Program-made: the position numbers and the translations under genes
Shown: positions 55,565 to 64,000 of the stretch, piece by piece
Layout of the letters: each line of letters starts with the position of its first letter
Numbering within the stretch: position 1 is the stretch's first letter
Notes under the pieces: model-generated
What the model was told of the DNA's origin: nothing
Seen by the model: only the letters and a program-made list of their open reading frames with translations
Databases searched by the model: none
Assembly: GCA_036802945.1 (NCBI GenBank)
Contig: DAIRVG010000013.1
Location: forward strand, 634-64,633
Direction: 5' to 3'
From: Vicinamibacterales bacterium
GTDB lineage: Bacteria; Acidobacteriota; Vicinamibacteria; Vicinamibacterales; UBA2999
DNA length: 64,000 nt

Positions 55565-57835
55565 CTACTGGGACACCGACACCAGCGCTCGCTTGGCCTC
55601 GTCGCCGCCTATTTGCGGGTCGAGCTTCAGCGCCCGCTCGAGCGTCTCGCGCGCATTAGCCTCATCCCCGAGCTTCGCGTACGTCATCCCTAAGTGGTAT
55701 AGCACTTCGGCGTTGTCCGGCCGCTTCCTGAGGCTCTCCCGGAGCGGCCGGACGGCCAGAGACGTCAGGTTCTTCTTGTAATAAATCCAACCGATCGTAT
55801 CGTCCACACTAGCATCGTCGGGAAGGCCTTGCTTCGCCGACGTCGCGAGTTTGAGCGCGAGATCGAGATTCGTGCCCTGATCAGCATAGATGAACGCGAG
55901 GTTGTTTGACGCGACTGGAGCGTTCTGCGTGCCGTTCACCGTAGCCTCGTACGACTTCCTGGCGTCGTCGCGCTTGCCCTGCGCTTCGAACAGCCATCCC
56001 ACCATCGTCCGTGCGTCCACGGCCGACGGATCGCGCTGGACCATGCCCTCAAACTCCGCACGTGCTTCGTCGAGCCGCCGCTGTTGTATGTAGAGTTGCC
56101 CCAGCATGGCATACCCTGACGTAAAGCGGGGATCGCCCGACACCGCACGACGAAGCGTCTGCTCCGCCTTCGCCTGGTCGCCCGCGGCACTTTGCGCTCG
56201 CGCCAATAGCGCTAACAACGGAGCGCTGACCGGCTGTTTCGCAATTTCGGGTTCGAGTCGGGCAATCGCCCGCGCCGGGGTCCTGGCCACGAGATCGAGA
56301 TAAGTGAGCCCACCCAGCGCCTCGAGGAAACCTGGCGAGAGTTCGAGCGCCCGCTCGAACGCAGTATTCGCCGCCGCTGCGTTGTTCCTGCTTGCGAGGA
56401 GCGTTCCGTTGACGGCGTGCACCACGGCGGCGTTTGGCGCCAGCTTCAGTAGCTCGCCGACTTCGGCTTCCGCCCGCGCCAGGTTTCCGGCAGCAACGAG
56501 GCTCCGGGCGAGCGCCACTCGGGCATCCAGACTGGAAGGCTCCGCTTGACGGGCCTCCTGCGCATACCGCAAGGCAGTCGCACCATCGCCAGACGTCAAG
56601 CTCAGCCTCGACAGTTCGACCTGCGCGGCAACCGCCCTGGGATTAAGCCGCAGCACCTCCGTGTACGAGTTGGCTGCCTCGAGTGTTTCTCTGCGACGAT
56701 CATGGACGCCGCCCAGGGCGAAATGAGCGGCGGCCGATAGAGGGTCGGCGGCGACCGCAGCCTTGGCGCGGTCGAGCGCTTCGTCGAGCTTGTTCTCCGT
56801 CGTGAGCCACTGCGCCTTCAGGACGAGCACTGGCGCGTTCTGGGGCCCGCGTGACAGCACGGCGTCGAGTCGCTTGTGGGCTTCGGCCACGCGGCCTTCG
56901 GCGTAGTCCAACGCGGCGAGCCTCGGCTCGGCTTCCGGAAATGTCGCCGGATCTGTCGACAGTGGGGTCAGCAGACTCACGGCATCCTTGATACGGCCGA
57001 CGCTCGCGTAGTAGTCAGCCAGTTGAAGGCGGGCGACCGGGGCTTTCGAGGCTTCGGCCACGACCTTGAGGGGCTGCTCAGCCTCCTTGACCCGCCGGGT
57101 GGCGAGGTACAGCATGCCCAGCATGCGGTTGGCAAGCAGGTGCTGCGGCTCCTTCGCCAGGACCTCCTTAAGCGTGGCTTCCGATTCTGGAGCGCGTTCA
57201 GCCGCCCACAGGAAATTGGCGAGCGCCAGCTTGGCGTCGACCGACGACGGCTCCAAAGCAATGGCTTGGCGAAACGCAGCTTCGGCTTCCTTGGCTTCGC
57301 CGCTCTGCATGCGAACGGCGCCGAGGTTCAGCAATGCCTGGCTGTTTCCGGGGCTGATCTTGAGCGCCTCTTCAATCTCCGCGATTGCGCCAGCCGGGTC
57401 CCGCAAAGCTGCCATCGCGTTGGCCCGCAAGAGCAGCGCCTCGACGTCTTTGGGGTTTTTCGTTAGCAGCGGCGCTACCCGTGCCTTGGCATCCTCGAAT
57501 TGCTCTGACAGCAGTAATACCTGCGTCGCCTTTAGCTGTGCGTCGCGATCGTCTGGCAGCGCATCGGCGGCGCGGATGTACTCGGGAAATGCCGCGCGCA
57601 GATTGTTCATCCGCTCGTAGGTCTGCGCCAGCTTGAACCGCGCCTCGCCGAACTTCGGATCGAGCTTGACGGCGCTGGCGTATTCGACGACCGCGAACGC
57701 GTCGCGCTTTTCTGCCGCATATTCGTCGCCGCGCTGCACGTGCCGGACCTTCTCGGTTTCCGGGTTGCTGCACGACGACAACAGCAGCGCTGCTAAGAGC
57801 AGTGCGCCGAGGCCACGAATCCGAGGGTTACACAT
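55565..57835 (-). CDS. prsT: TPR-repeat lipoprotein of the PEP-CTERM system
   Basis: The lipobox is LLLSSC. More than 15 TPR-like repeats follow across 756 aa. The gene sits next to prsK/prsR and between two cargo genes. Confidence 0.85.
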   Translation of the reverse strand: MCNPRIRGLGALLLAALLLSSCSNPETEKVRHVQRGDEYAAEKRDAFAVVEYASAVKLDPKFGEARFKLAQTYERMNNLRAAFPEYIRAADALPDDRDAQLKATQVLLLSEQFEDAKARVAPLLTKNPKDVEALLLRANAMAALRDPAGAIAEIEEALKISPGNSQALLNLGAVRMQSGEAKEAEAAFRQAIALEPSSVDAKLALANFLWAAERAPESEATLKEVLAKEPQHLLANRMLGMLYLATRRVKEAEQPLKVVAEASKAPVARLQLADYYASVGRIKDAVSLLTPLSTDPATFPEAEPRLAALDYAEGRVAEAHKRLDAVLSRGPQNAPVLVLKAQWLTTENKLDEALDRAKAAVAADPLSAAAHFALGGVHDRRRETLEAANSYTEVLRLNPRAVAAQVELSRLSLTSGDGATALRYAQEARQAEPSSLDARVALARSLVAAGNLARAEAEVGELLKLAPNAAVVHAVNGTLLASRNNAAAANTAFERALELSPGFLEALGGLTYLDLVARTPARAIARLEPEIAKQPVSAPLLALLARAQSAAGDQAKAEQTLRRAVSGDPRFTSGYAMLGQLYIQQRRLDEARAEFEGMVQRDPSAVDARTMVGWLFEAQGKRDDARKSYEATVNGTQNAPVASNNLAFIYADQGTNLDLALKLATSAKQGLPDDASVDDTIGWIYYKKNLTSLAVRPLRESLRKRPDNAEVLYHLGMTYAKLGDEANARETLERALKLDPQIGGDEAKRALVSVSQ

Positions 57836-57928
57836 AAGACCGGACTCCCAGCAGGGATACGCTTCCTTGAGATTGGATCGGCGCAGTATACCAAGGCCCT
57901 CGAGTCGTACGCCGAGAACGGCGACCGC

Positions 57929-58693
57929 CTAGGCCCTTTGGAACCGGCGAGAAACGATCGCCATCCCGCACAAGGCCATGCCAAGAAGTGCGATAGTCGT
58001 TCCACCGTCAGGAACGGCGGTAGTAGTAATGCCCGGATCGCGGTAGTAAAGCTGGTCCTGGCCGACCACTCCGATCGGAGCGCCAGCAGCGCCAATCAGG
58101 TTGAGAGCATAGACGCCGTATTGCCCGGCGCCGGCATCAAGTCGGGCATCTAAGTCTGAGCCGAATGTCGTCGCGACAAGACCGATGAAGCTGTTGCCAG
58201 CGGTGTACGAGGTAATTTCTTCCTCCAACCACCAGATTGCCTCCTGAAGAGCGGCTGCTGACAGGTTGCGGCCGGCGGCATAGTTGTAGCCGGTCAACGC
58301 TCCTTTGGCGAACTGACTGTAAAGCAAAGCCGTTCCCCTCGAGAGAGGATCGGGGTCAGGTCCTCCCACGCCGCCGTGCACAGCGCCTCCACTCAGCACC
58401 ACCTCATAGCTGGCCCCGTACGGGTAGAGATATTCGTCTTTCTCTATGCAGAAGGTTTGGAACGATGTGATTCCGCCGAGGTTGCTGGTCACACTTGCGA
58501 AGTAGCCTGATAAATCAAGCCAGCTATTGGGAGGGTTCCCGCCGATGTCGTTGACCGTGAACTCGCCACCGACACCAGTCTGGTAGGGGCCATAGCCCGA
58601 CCCAGAGAAACCGACCTGAATTTGATCCGCCATGGCAGGCGACGCCAGGGCCAGCGCCGCTCCAATCAGCAATACGACGCCAACATTTTTCAC
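57929..58693 (-). CDS. PEP-CTERM-type exosortase cargo protein (VPDGG variant)
   Basis: Signal peptide (VVLLIGAALALASPAMA). The C-terminus is VPDGGTTIALLGMALCGMAIVSRRFQRA. The start is GTG. Confidence 0.85.
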   Translation of the reverse strand: MKNVGVVLLIGAALALASPAMADQIQVGFSGSGYGPYQTGVGGEFTVNDIGGNPPNSWLDLSGYFASVTSNLGGITSFQTFCIEKDEYLYPYGASYEVVLSGGAVHGGVGGPDPDPLSRGTALLYSQFAKGALTGYNYAAGRNLSAAALQEAIWWLEEEITSYTAGNSFIGLVATTFGSDLDARLDAGAGQYGVYALNLIGAAGAPIGVVGQDQLYYRDPGITTTAVPDGGTTIALLGMALCGMAIVSRRFQRA

Positions 58694-58757
58694 GGCTCTT
58701 TGGTCTTTCCGTTCTGGGGTTGTCGCGCAGACAAAGCCCTAGGCAGGCTCATCGGTG

Positions 58758-58773
58758 TGCAGAGTCAGTGCCA
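58758..58773 (-). promoter_or_regulatory. Sigma-54 (-24/-12) promoter of the PEP-CTERM cargo gene 57929..58693
   Basis: The minus strand reads TGGCACTGACTCTGCA. It has a perfect TGGCAC, GG-N10-GC spacing and a -12 CTGCA. The GC lies 66 nt upstream of the GTG at 58693. Confidence 0.65.
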
Positions 58774-59076
58774 AAAGACGCAAATCGCTGCCGTGCCTGG
58801 ATTGGTCCAACGGCGGATAGCCACGTAAACATCTGGTCCAGAACCTGTTGCGCGACAAGAGACACCAGACAAATGAACGCCGGAGCGCGTTTGTTGAACG
58901 GTCTCCGCGCCCTTCGAGGCCGGGAAGGTCCGCGACGCCAAGACAAGAGTCATCCCGCTTGGGCGTGGTTGGTTGAGGCACTGCTATCCGACGGCGCAGC
59001 TGACGTACCTCGTTTCGCCCTTCCCATACGTGCGATAGGCTAAGTGTTTTGGAGGATCCATTTGGCGACATTTGAC

Positions 59077-59289
59077 ATGAAATCCCTGGCTCGTCGGGGG
59101 GCCGAAGTGCGACTTGCGGAACTGAATGAAGAGATCAAGGCAATCTACGCGGCCTTCCCCGATCTGCGTCGCGGAGCGCCGCCCGCTGCTTCTCGTCGGC
59201 GGCGCAAGCCGATGTCCGCCTCTCAGAAGAAAGCCGTCAGTGCGCGGATGAAGAAGTATTGGGCCGAGCGGAGGAAGGCGACGAAATAG
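59077..59289 (+). CDS. Small basic hypothetical protein (coiled-coil N-terminus, Lys/Arg-rich tail)
   Basis: MKSLARRGAEVRLAELNEEIKAIYAAFPDL...SASQKKAVSARMKKYWAERRKATK. I recognise no family. Coding status is moderately uncertain. Confidence 0.45.
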   Translation: MKSLARRGAEVRLAELNEEIKAIYAAFPDLRRGAPPAASRRRRKPMSASQKKAVSARMKKYWAERRKATK

Positions 59290-59433
59290 CGGGTACCGGC
59301 GGATCTGCCGAATCTGTCAGCGCGGTGCCGTCCTTGTAATCCGCGCACGCGGATGCGTGCACTGAAGCCGCCAAAAGGCCATTTTCACACCGGTTTTCCG
59401 GGGTCTCCCGCTTGCACTCGGATCCGGACGTCC

Positions 59434-61701
59434 ATGGAGATCACAGCCGGAACGCACGCCGGGGTCCACGCGCGGACCCGAGGCGTCGCCGCGCACTCCT
59501 CGCTGATCGTTCCGCTGTTCGCCACGACGATGTTCCTCAGCGGGTTCCTCCTGTTCATGGTGGAACCGATGGCCGCCAAAATGGTGCTGCCGATCCTCGG
59601 CGGCGTGCCGATGGTCTGGAACGGCTGCGTGGTCTTCTTCCAGATCGTGATGCTCGCGGGATACGGGTACGCGTTCGCCGCATCGCGGTGGTTGCCTCTG
59701 CGGCAGCACTTCGTCCTTCACACGGTGGTACTCGCAGCGCCGGCTGCCGTGCTGCCCTTCATGATCCAGGCGGGATCGGTGACTCGGCCGCCCGAAGGCA
59801 ACCCGCTCGGGTGGCTCATGCTGCTGCTCGCCACCACGATTGGCCTTCCCTTCTTCGTCCTCTCGACGAGCGCGTCGGTCTTCCAGCACTGGCTGTCACG
59901 GACCGACCATCCCTCGGCCCGTGACCCCTACTTCCTGTATTCAGCAAGCAACCTCGGGTGCCTGCTCGCGCTCGCGTCGTATCCAGTCGTCGTAGAACCA
60001 GTGTTCACGTTGCGCGAGCAGTCGCGTCTCTGGACCATCGGCTATGCCGAGTTCGCCTTGATGGCCGGCGCATGCGCCCTGTTTGCCTGGCGGCGAACCG
60101 GCGGTTCAAGCTCTCTCGCGACGGCTACGACGAACGCGTCCGTCGAACCGGCCTCCACGCCGGTCACGTTGCTGCGCCGCGCACGCTGGGTGGTGCTCTC
60201 GTTCGTCCCGTCGAGTCTGATGCTCGCGGTGACGAGCTATGTGTCAACTGATATCGCGGCGGTTCCGCTGCTGTGGCTCGTGCCGCTCGCGCTGTACCTC
60301 CTCACCTTCGCGCTGGCCTTCGGCCGGCACTCGGCAGCGGCCGGCGCGTTCGCGAGGCGGACTCTCCCGCTGTTCGTAGTACCGCTCGTGCTGTTCATGG
60401 TCGCAAAAGTGCACGCGCCGCTCACCGCACTCGTCTTGCTGCACCTTATGGCATTCGGCGTGATGGCGCTCAGCTGCCATGTGAATCTGGCGAAGGACCG
60501 CCCCGAGCCTTCGCGGCTCACCGAGTTCTACTTCTGGGTGTCGTTCGGCGGGATGCTCGGCGGACTGTTCAACACGCTCGCCGCGCCCATGCTGTTCGAC
60601 GGCATCGTCGAGTATCCACTGGTCCTCGTGCTGGCCTGCCTTTTGTTGCGAGCGTCGGGTTCACCGGTTACGTGGCGCCGCGTGACGGGCAACGTGGTCA
60701 TACCGCTCGTCGTTGGCGGATTGACCGCAGGCATTCTCGTCGCCTTGAAAGCCCGCGGCGCACCGTTGGCGCTGCACCTGGCGGCGCTCTCCGTGCCTGC
60801 GTTCCTTACCTTCATACAGCGACGGCAGGCGCTTCGATTTGGAAGCTGCATGGCTGCGCTGATCGTCGTGAGCGTCGCGTTCGGCAACGCCGGCGAACGC
60901 GTCCTGTACGCGACACGCACGTTTTTTGGCGTCTACCGCGTGAGCGAGGATCCGACACGCCGCTACCACGCGCTCGCCCACGGAACCACGCTGCACGGGG
61001 TGCAGGCCCTGGCGCCGGAACGCCGCGCAGACGCGTTCACCTACTACCACGCGACAGGGCCGTTCGGCCAGGCGTGGAAAGCGCTGCCCCGAGTAGCCGC
61101 CGGCCGTGAGATTGCGGTGGTCGGACTCGGCGCCGGCACGCTCGCCACTTACGCGAAACCCGGGCAGCACTGGACGTTCTTCGAAATCGATCCGGCCATC
61201 GAGCGGATTGCACGGACGCGCGAGTATTTTTCGTTCATGGAGGCCTGCGGCGATCGCTGCCAGGTGGTACTCGGTGACGCACGCGTGTCTCTCAATCGCA
61301 TGCCTGAGCACGCCTACGATCTCCTGGTGCTCGACGCGTTCAGCTCCGACTCGATCCCCGTGCACTTGATGACCAGCGAGGCGCTCTCGCTGTACCTGTC
61401 ACGCCTGGCGCCGGACGGCGTGCTCATGATGCACATCTCCAATCGGCACCTGCGTCTTGCCCCGATCGTCGCTCGCCTCGCGGCGAGTCAGAAGCTCGTC
61501 GCGGTGCAGCAGCTCGAATTGACCGCGCCTGGCTGGCCTGAAGGAAAGAACCCGTCGCACTGGATCGTGATGGCCCGCAACCCGAAGGACCTCGCCGCGC
61601 TGAGCAAGAACAAGCGCTGGTCACCGCTCGTGGCATCCTCGTCTACGCCACTCTGGACAGACGACTTCTCGAACATCCTCAGCGTCCTCAGCTTCCGCTG
61701 A
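59434..61701 (+). CDS. Membrane-fused spermidine-synthase-like protein (polytopic N-terminal domain + class I MTase-fold aminopropyltransferase-like domain)
   Basis: There are more than 10 hydrophobic segments. They are followed by FFGVYRV..HGTTLHG.Q, VVGLGAGTLATY, FFEIDPAI, GDARVSL and LLVLDAFSSDSIPVHLMT.EA, the spermidine synthase family pattern. Confidence 0.85.
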   Translation: MEITAGTHAGVHARTRGVAAHSSLIVPLFATTMFLSGFLLFMVEPMAAKMVLPILGGVPMVWNGCVVFFQIVMLAGYGYAFAASRWLPLRQHFVLHTVVLAAPAAVLPFMIQAGSVTRPPEGNPLGWLMLLLATTIGLPFFVLSTSASVFQHWLSRTDHPSARDPYFLYSASNLGCLLALASYPVVVEPVFTLREQSRLWTIGYAEFALMAGACALFAWRRTGGSSSLATATTNASVEPASTPVTLLRRARWVVLSFVPSSLMLAVTSYVSTDIAAVPLLWLVPLALYLLTFALAFGRHSAAAGAFARRTLPLFVVPLVLFMVAKVHAPLTALVLLHLMAFGVMALSCHVNLAKDRPEPSRLTEFYFWVSFGGMLGGLFNTLAAPMLFDGIVEYPLVLVLACLLLRASGSPVTWRRVTGNVVIPLVVGGLTAGILVALKARGAPLALHLAALSVPAFLTFIQRRQALRFGSCMAALIVVSVAFGNAGERVLYATRTFFGVYRVSEDPTRRYHALAHGTTLHGVQALAPERRADAFTYYHATGPFGQAWKALPRVAAGREIAVVGLGAGTLATYAKPGQHWTFFEIDPAIERIARTREYFSFMEACGDRCQVVLGDARVSLNRMPEHAYDLLVLDAFSSDSIPVHLMTSEALSLYLSRLAPDGVLMMHISNRHLRLAPIVARLAASQKLVAVQQLELTAPGWPEGKNPSHWIVMARNPKDLAALSKNKRWSPLVASSSTPLWTDDFSNILSVLSFR

Positions 61702-61781
61702 CTTCCGGGCCGCACTCTTTGCACGACCGACGCTCTGTGAGTATGCTCATCTCGCGCGAACACTTCTCCAGTGGACGATGT

Positions 61782-62165
61782 ATGTGTCGACCCACACGTC
61801 CCCGCGTCCTGCTCGCCGACGATCACGCCGGGATTGTGACCGCTCTCGGACGATGGTTGGCGCCGGACTGCGAGGTGGTAGGGAGCGTTGCCGAGGGCGG
61901 GGCGCTGCTCGAAGCCGCCGCCCGGCTCCTGCCTGAAGTGATCGTGCTCGACCTGAACATGCCGAACGTCAACGGACTGGAGGCCTGTCGACAGGTCACG
62001 CAGGCGATGCCAGGCATGAAGGTCATTGTGCTCACGGCCGTGAGCGACGACGAAATCATGCAGGGGGCCCTGGCGGCCGGCGCATCTGCGTTCGTCGTCA
62101 AGCGGTCGATCGTTGAGGACTTGCTTCCAACCATCAAAAGGATATGCGCCGGTGCGCCTGACTGA
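61782..62165 (+). CDS. Stand-alone response-regulator receiver domain (no output domain)
   Basis: VLLADDH, VIVLDLNMPNVNG, KVIVLTA and AGASAFVVK. The ORF ends without an HTH. The ORF track starts earlier, at a TTG at 61719. Confidence 0.8.
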   Translation: MCRPTRPRVLLADDHAGIVTALGRWLAPDCEVVGSVAEGGALLEAAARLLPEVIVLDLNMPNVNGLEACRQVTQAMPGMKVIVLTAVSDDEIMQGALAAGASAFVVKRSIVEDLLPTIKRICAGAPD

Positions 62166-62188
62166 CGCGATGCGATCGCGTTCAGCAC

Positions 62189-64000
62189 TCACACGGCGGC
62201 CGCTGCCGACTCGGGCAAAGCGGCAGCGGGCGCTCTGACCTCCAACCTCGTTCCGGCGCCAGGGCTGGAGACAACCTCCAGCGTTCCGCCAATCCCCTCG
62301 ATTCGTTCCTGCGCGCTGATCAACCCAAGCCCTCTCCCCCACTCCGCGTCGACATCGAACCCCACGCCATCGTCGACGATCGTCAGGGCGATTCCCTCGG
62401 GCAGGACGCGCAGATCCACTGACACGTTGCGCGCTCTGCTGTGCTTGCAGGCGTTCTGCAGCGCTTCCTGAGCGATGCGGAACAGACACAGCGTCAAATC
62501 GGACGGAAATGTCGACGGAATGTTCTCGTGCGTGAACGTGATCGAAACGCCGGGCTGGGCCATCTCGCGTCGAAGCCCGTCGAGAGCCCCCACCAGACCA
62601 AGAAGACCCAGCCGGACCGGATGGAGGCGGTGCGAGAGATCGCGCACACTCGCGGTGATGTCCTGGACGAGCGTCACTGCCTCAGCGGAGAGTGCTTCGC
62701 CGGGGCCGCGAGCCGTCTGACGCAACTGCTGAAGGTCGATATTCAGCACGGCCAGTTGCTGGCTGATATCGTCGTGTAACTCCCGTGCGATTCGCGAACG
62801 CTCGCTTTCCTGCGCATTCAACAGTCGCACACCGAGATCGCGGACCCGCTCGTAACTCTTTTGCAGAGCGATCTGGCCTTGCTGGGCCCGCTGCTCTGCG
62901 TCGTGTCGTCTCGTTTTTTGAATGAGCAGCCCGGCGATCAACGCCGCCTGAACGAGGAGAACCGTCAAGGCGCCGACGACGTAGACCCTGTAGCGCTGCC
63001 AGGCCGAGGGCTCCCGGAACAGGATCTGTGATCCGGCGGGAAGACGGGATGGCGCAATGCCCCAGCGCAGCACCTGACGCCAGTCGACGATCGGCACGAC
63101 CTGTGCGGTCTCGATCGGAATGTCCTGGGGCCGCGTCCCCATGAGTATGCGGAGCGCCATTTCTCCGATGCGAGTGCCGGTCTCTCGCGTGCTGCGCACC
63201 ACGCCGCCGACGACGCCCGTCCCGATATAGAGATCGCTGGTGCCGTATACGGGCACCGAAGCGGCATTGGCCACAAGTCGCGCGACTGTATCCGGATACA
63301 GGACGTTCCCGGGATCCGGCTGCGTGTGCCAGATGTACAGAATGACGCTCCCTGCGGGAATGGCCCTGACCGCGGACAGCAGGCGGGGCACGGTCTCTTC
63401 AACCAGATACGTGAAGCTCACCCTCTGCGAAAAGCCGCTGAGTTCGGCTCGGACCGCCTCGACCGTTCGCGCGTCCGGCCCGTTGGCGATGACGAATACG
63501 TGTTGCGTCGACGGGTCCAGGGCCAGCGCAAGTTTCAGGGTTTCGCCGTAGGCAACGCCGACTCGAATGCCGGTCACATTGCCACCGCCTCGTCGCGTGA
63601 GGTCGTCCGGAGCGACCCCAAAGAAAACGATCGGCGCTTCGGGAAACAGCTCTCCGCGGTGATCCAGGACGAACCGCAAGCCCGTGTCGGTCATGGCAAT
63701 GACCAGGTCGATTCTCCGACCACGATACTTCCGTCGAATGTAATCGGTGAGTGCTGACGTGGCCTCTTCCGCGGGGAAGATATCGGACTCCAGGTACTCG
63801 GCGAAATAGTCGATCGCCACATCGGAGCGCGACGCGAGCGCCTCACGAATGCCCGCGTCCAGGAGGGGATTGGCAGGATAACTCTCGGAGCCCGAATGAA
63901 TGACCAGCACGGTACAGGGGGACGCGTCCAGCGCCAGGGCGCTCGTGTTCAACATCGTCGCAAAGAGCGTCGCGCCGACCGCAAGCAGGACATGCGCGCG
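62189..64000 (-). CDS. Sensor histidine kinase, HisKA_3/NarX type, with a periplasmic substrate-binding-like domain; N-terminus beyond the window
   Basis: ERSRIARELHDDISQQL is the H-box. The HATPase motifs are QEALQNACKHS, DDGVGF and GLGLISAQERI. The frame stays open upstream of the listed start (..RAHVLLAVGATLFATMLNTS), so the gene runs off the right edge. Confidence 0.88.
   Translation of the reverse strand, partial: RAHVLLAVGATLFATMLNTSALALDASPCTVLVIHSGSESYPANPLLDAGIREALASRSDVAIDYFAEYLESDIFPAEEATSALTDYIRRKYRGRRIDLVIAMTDTGLRFVLDHRGELFPEAPIVFFGVAPDDLTRRGGGNVTGIRVGVAYGETLKLALALDPSTQHVFVIANGPDARTVEAVRAELSGFSQRVSFTYLVEETVPRLLSAVRAIPAGSVILYIWHTQPDPGNVLYPDTVARLVANAASVPVYGTSDLYIGTGVVGGVVRSTRETGTRIGEMALRILMGTRPQDIPIETAQVVPIVDWRQVLRWGIAPSRLPAGSQILFREPSAWQRYRVYVVGALTVLLVQAALIAGLLIQKTRRHDAEQRAQQGQIALQKSYERVRDLGVRLLNAQESERSRIARELHDDISQQLAVLNIDLQQLRQTARGPGEALSAEAVTLVQDITASVRDLSHRLHPVRLGLLGLVGALDGLRREMAQPGVSITFTHENIPSTFPSDLTLCLFRIAQEALQNACKHSRARNVSVDLRVLPEGIALTIVDDGVGFDVDAEWGRGLGLISAQERIEGIGGTLEVVSSPGAGTRLEVRAPAAALPESAAAAV

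Noticed and set aside
62165-62181. ACGCGAT-gcg-ATCGCGT hairpin between the convergent regulator and kinase genes as a terminator
   Set aside because: The stem is only 7 bp with a 3-nt loop and there is no U-tract. It is too weak to annotate.
61488-62489. 333-aa minus-strand ORF spanning the response-regulator gene and the kinase 3' end
   Set aside because: It overlaps two genes with clear domain signatures. Its Arg/Gly-rich junk composition also argues against it. The same reasoning applies to 60273..61109(+), 60661..61365(-), 47504..48256(-), 37244..37915(-), 19141..19746(-), 15214..16008(+) and similar shadow ORFs.

Overview
GC-rich bacterial chromosome segment. Hand counts on single 60-nt lines give about 58-67% G+C, with a 45-58% block at roughly 30.6-47.2 kb. 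Almost the whole window is one very large exopolysaccharide (EPS) / PEP-CTERM-exosortase locus. An Acidobacteriota-like soil bacterium is only a guess from gene content.

Layout, left to right:
(1) A second, edge-truncated chain-length-determinant paralog, a PHP phosphoesterase, and two divergently transcribed secreted glycan-binding / beta-helix proteins.
(2) A minus-strand export operon: wecB, Wza-like exporter, beta-barrel protein, EpsF-type chain-length determinant, ExeA-like ATPase and a split BY-tyrosine kinase.
(3) A co-directional plus-strand assembly and decoration operon of about 27 kb. It carries a small priming transferase with an odd N-terminal domain, four GT4 glycosyltransferases, a Wzy-like polymerase, a Wzx flippase, a sulfotransferase, several methyltransferases, deacetylase-like and FemAB/GNAT-like genes, and an FkbH-ACP acylation cassette.
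(4) A secreted beta-helix protein, a second (large) priming transferase, a GT26 transferase, a methyltransferase and AsnB.
(5) The sorting and regulatory core: exosortase, PrsK and PrsR with overlapping start/stop codons, the PrsT TPR lipoprotein, and two cargo genes with VPDGG-type PEP-CTERM tails.
(6) A membrane-fused spermidine-synthase-like protein and a NarL-type two-component pair that runs off the right edge.

I saw no rRNA, tRNA, CRISPR array or transposase.

Most notable observations:
- A set of hand-found sigma-54 promoters, whose -12 GC mostly lies 61-68 nt upstream of the start codon, that would tie the cargo, export and secreted-enzyme genes to PrsR.
- A degenerate GGDEF-like domain fused to the priming transferase, plus a standalone paralog that keeps an RxxD motif.
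- An FkbH/ACP/GNAT/methyltransferase/VOC cassette.
- A 57-codon relic of an epimerase gene inside an 825-aa fusion ORF.
- Compositional mosaicism of the locus.

All functional calls come from motif recognition by eye. No database search was run.
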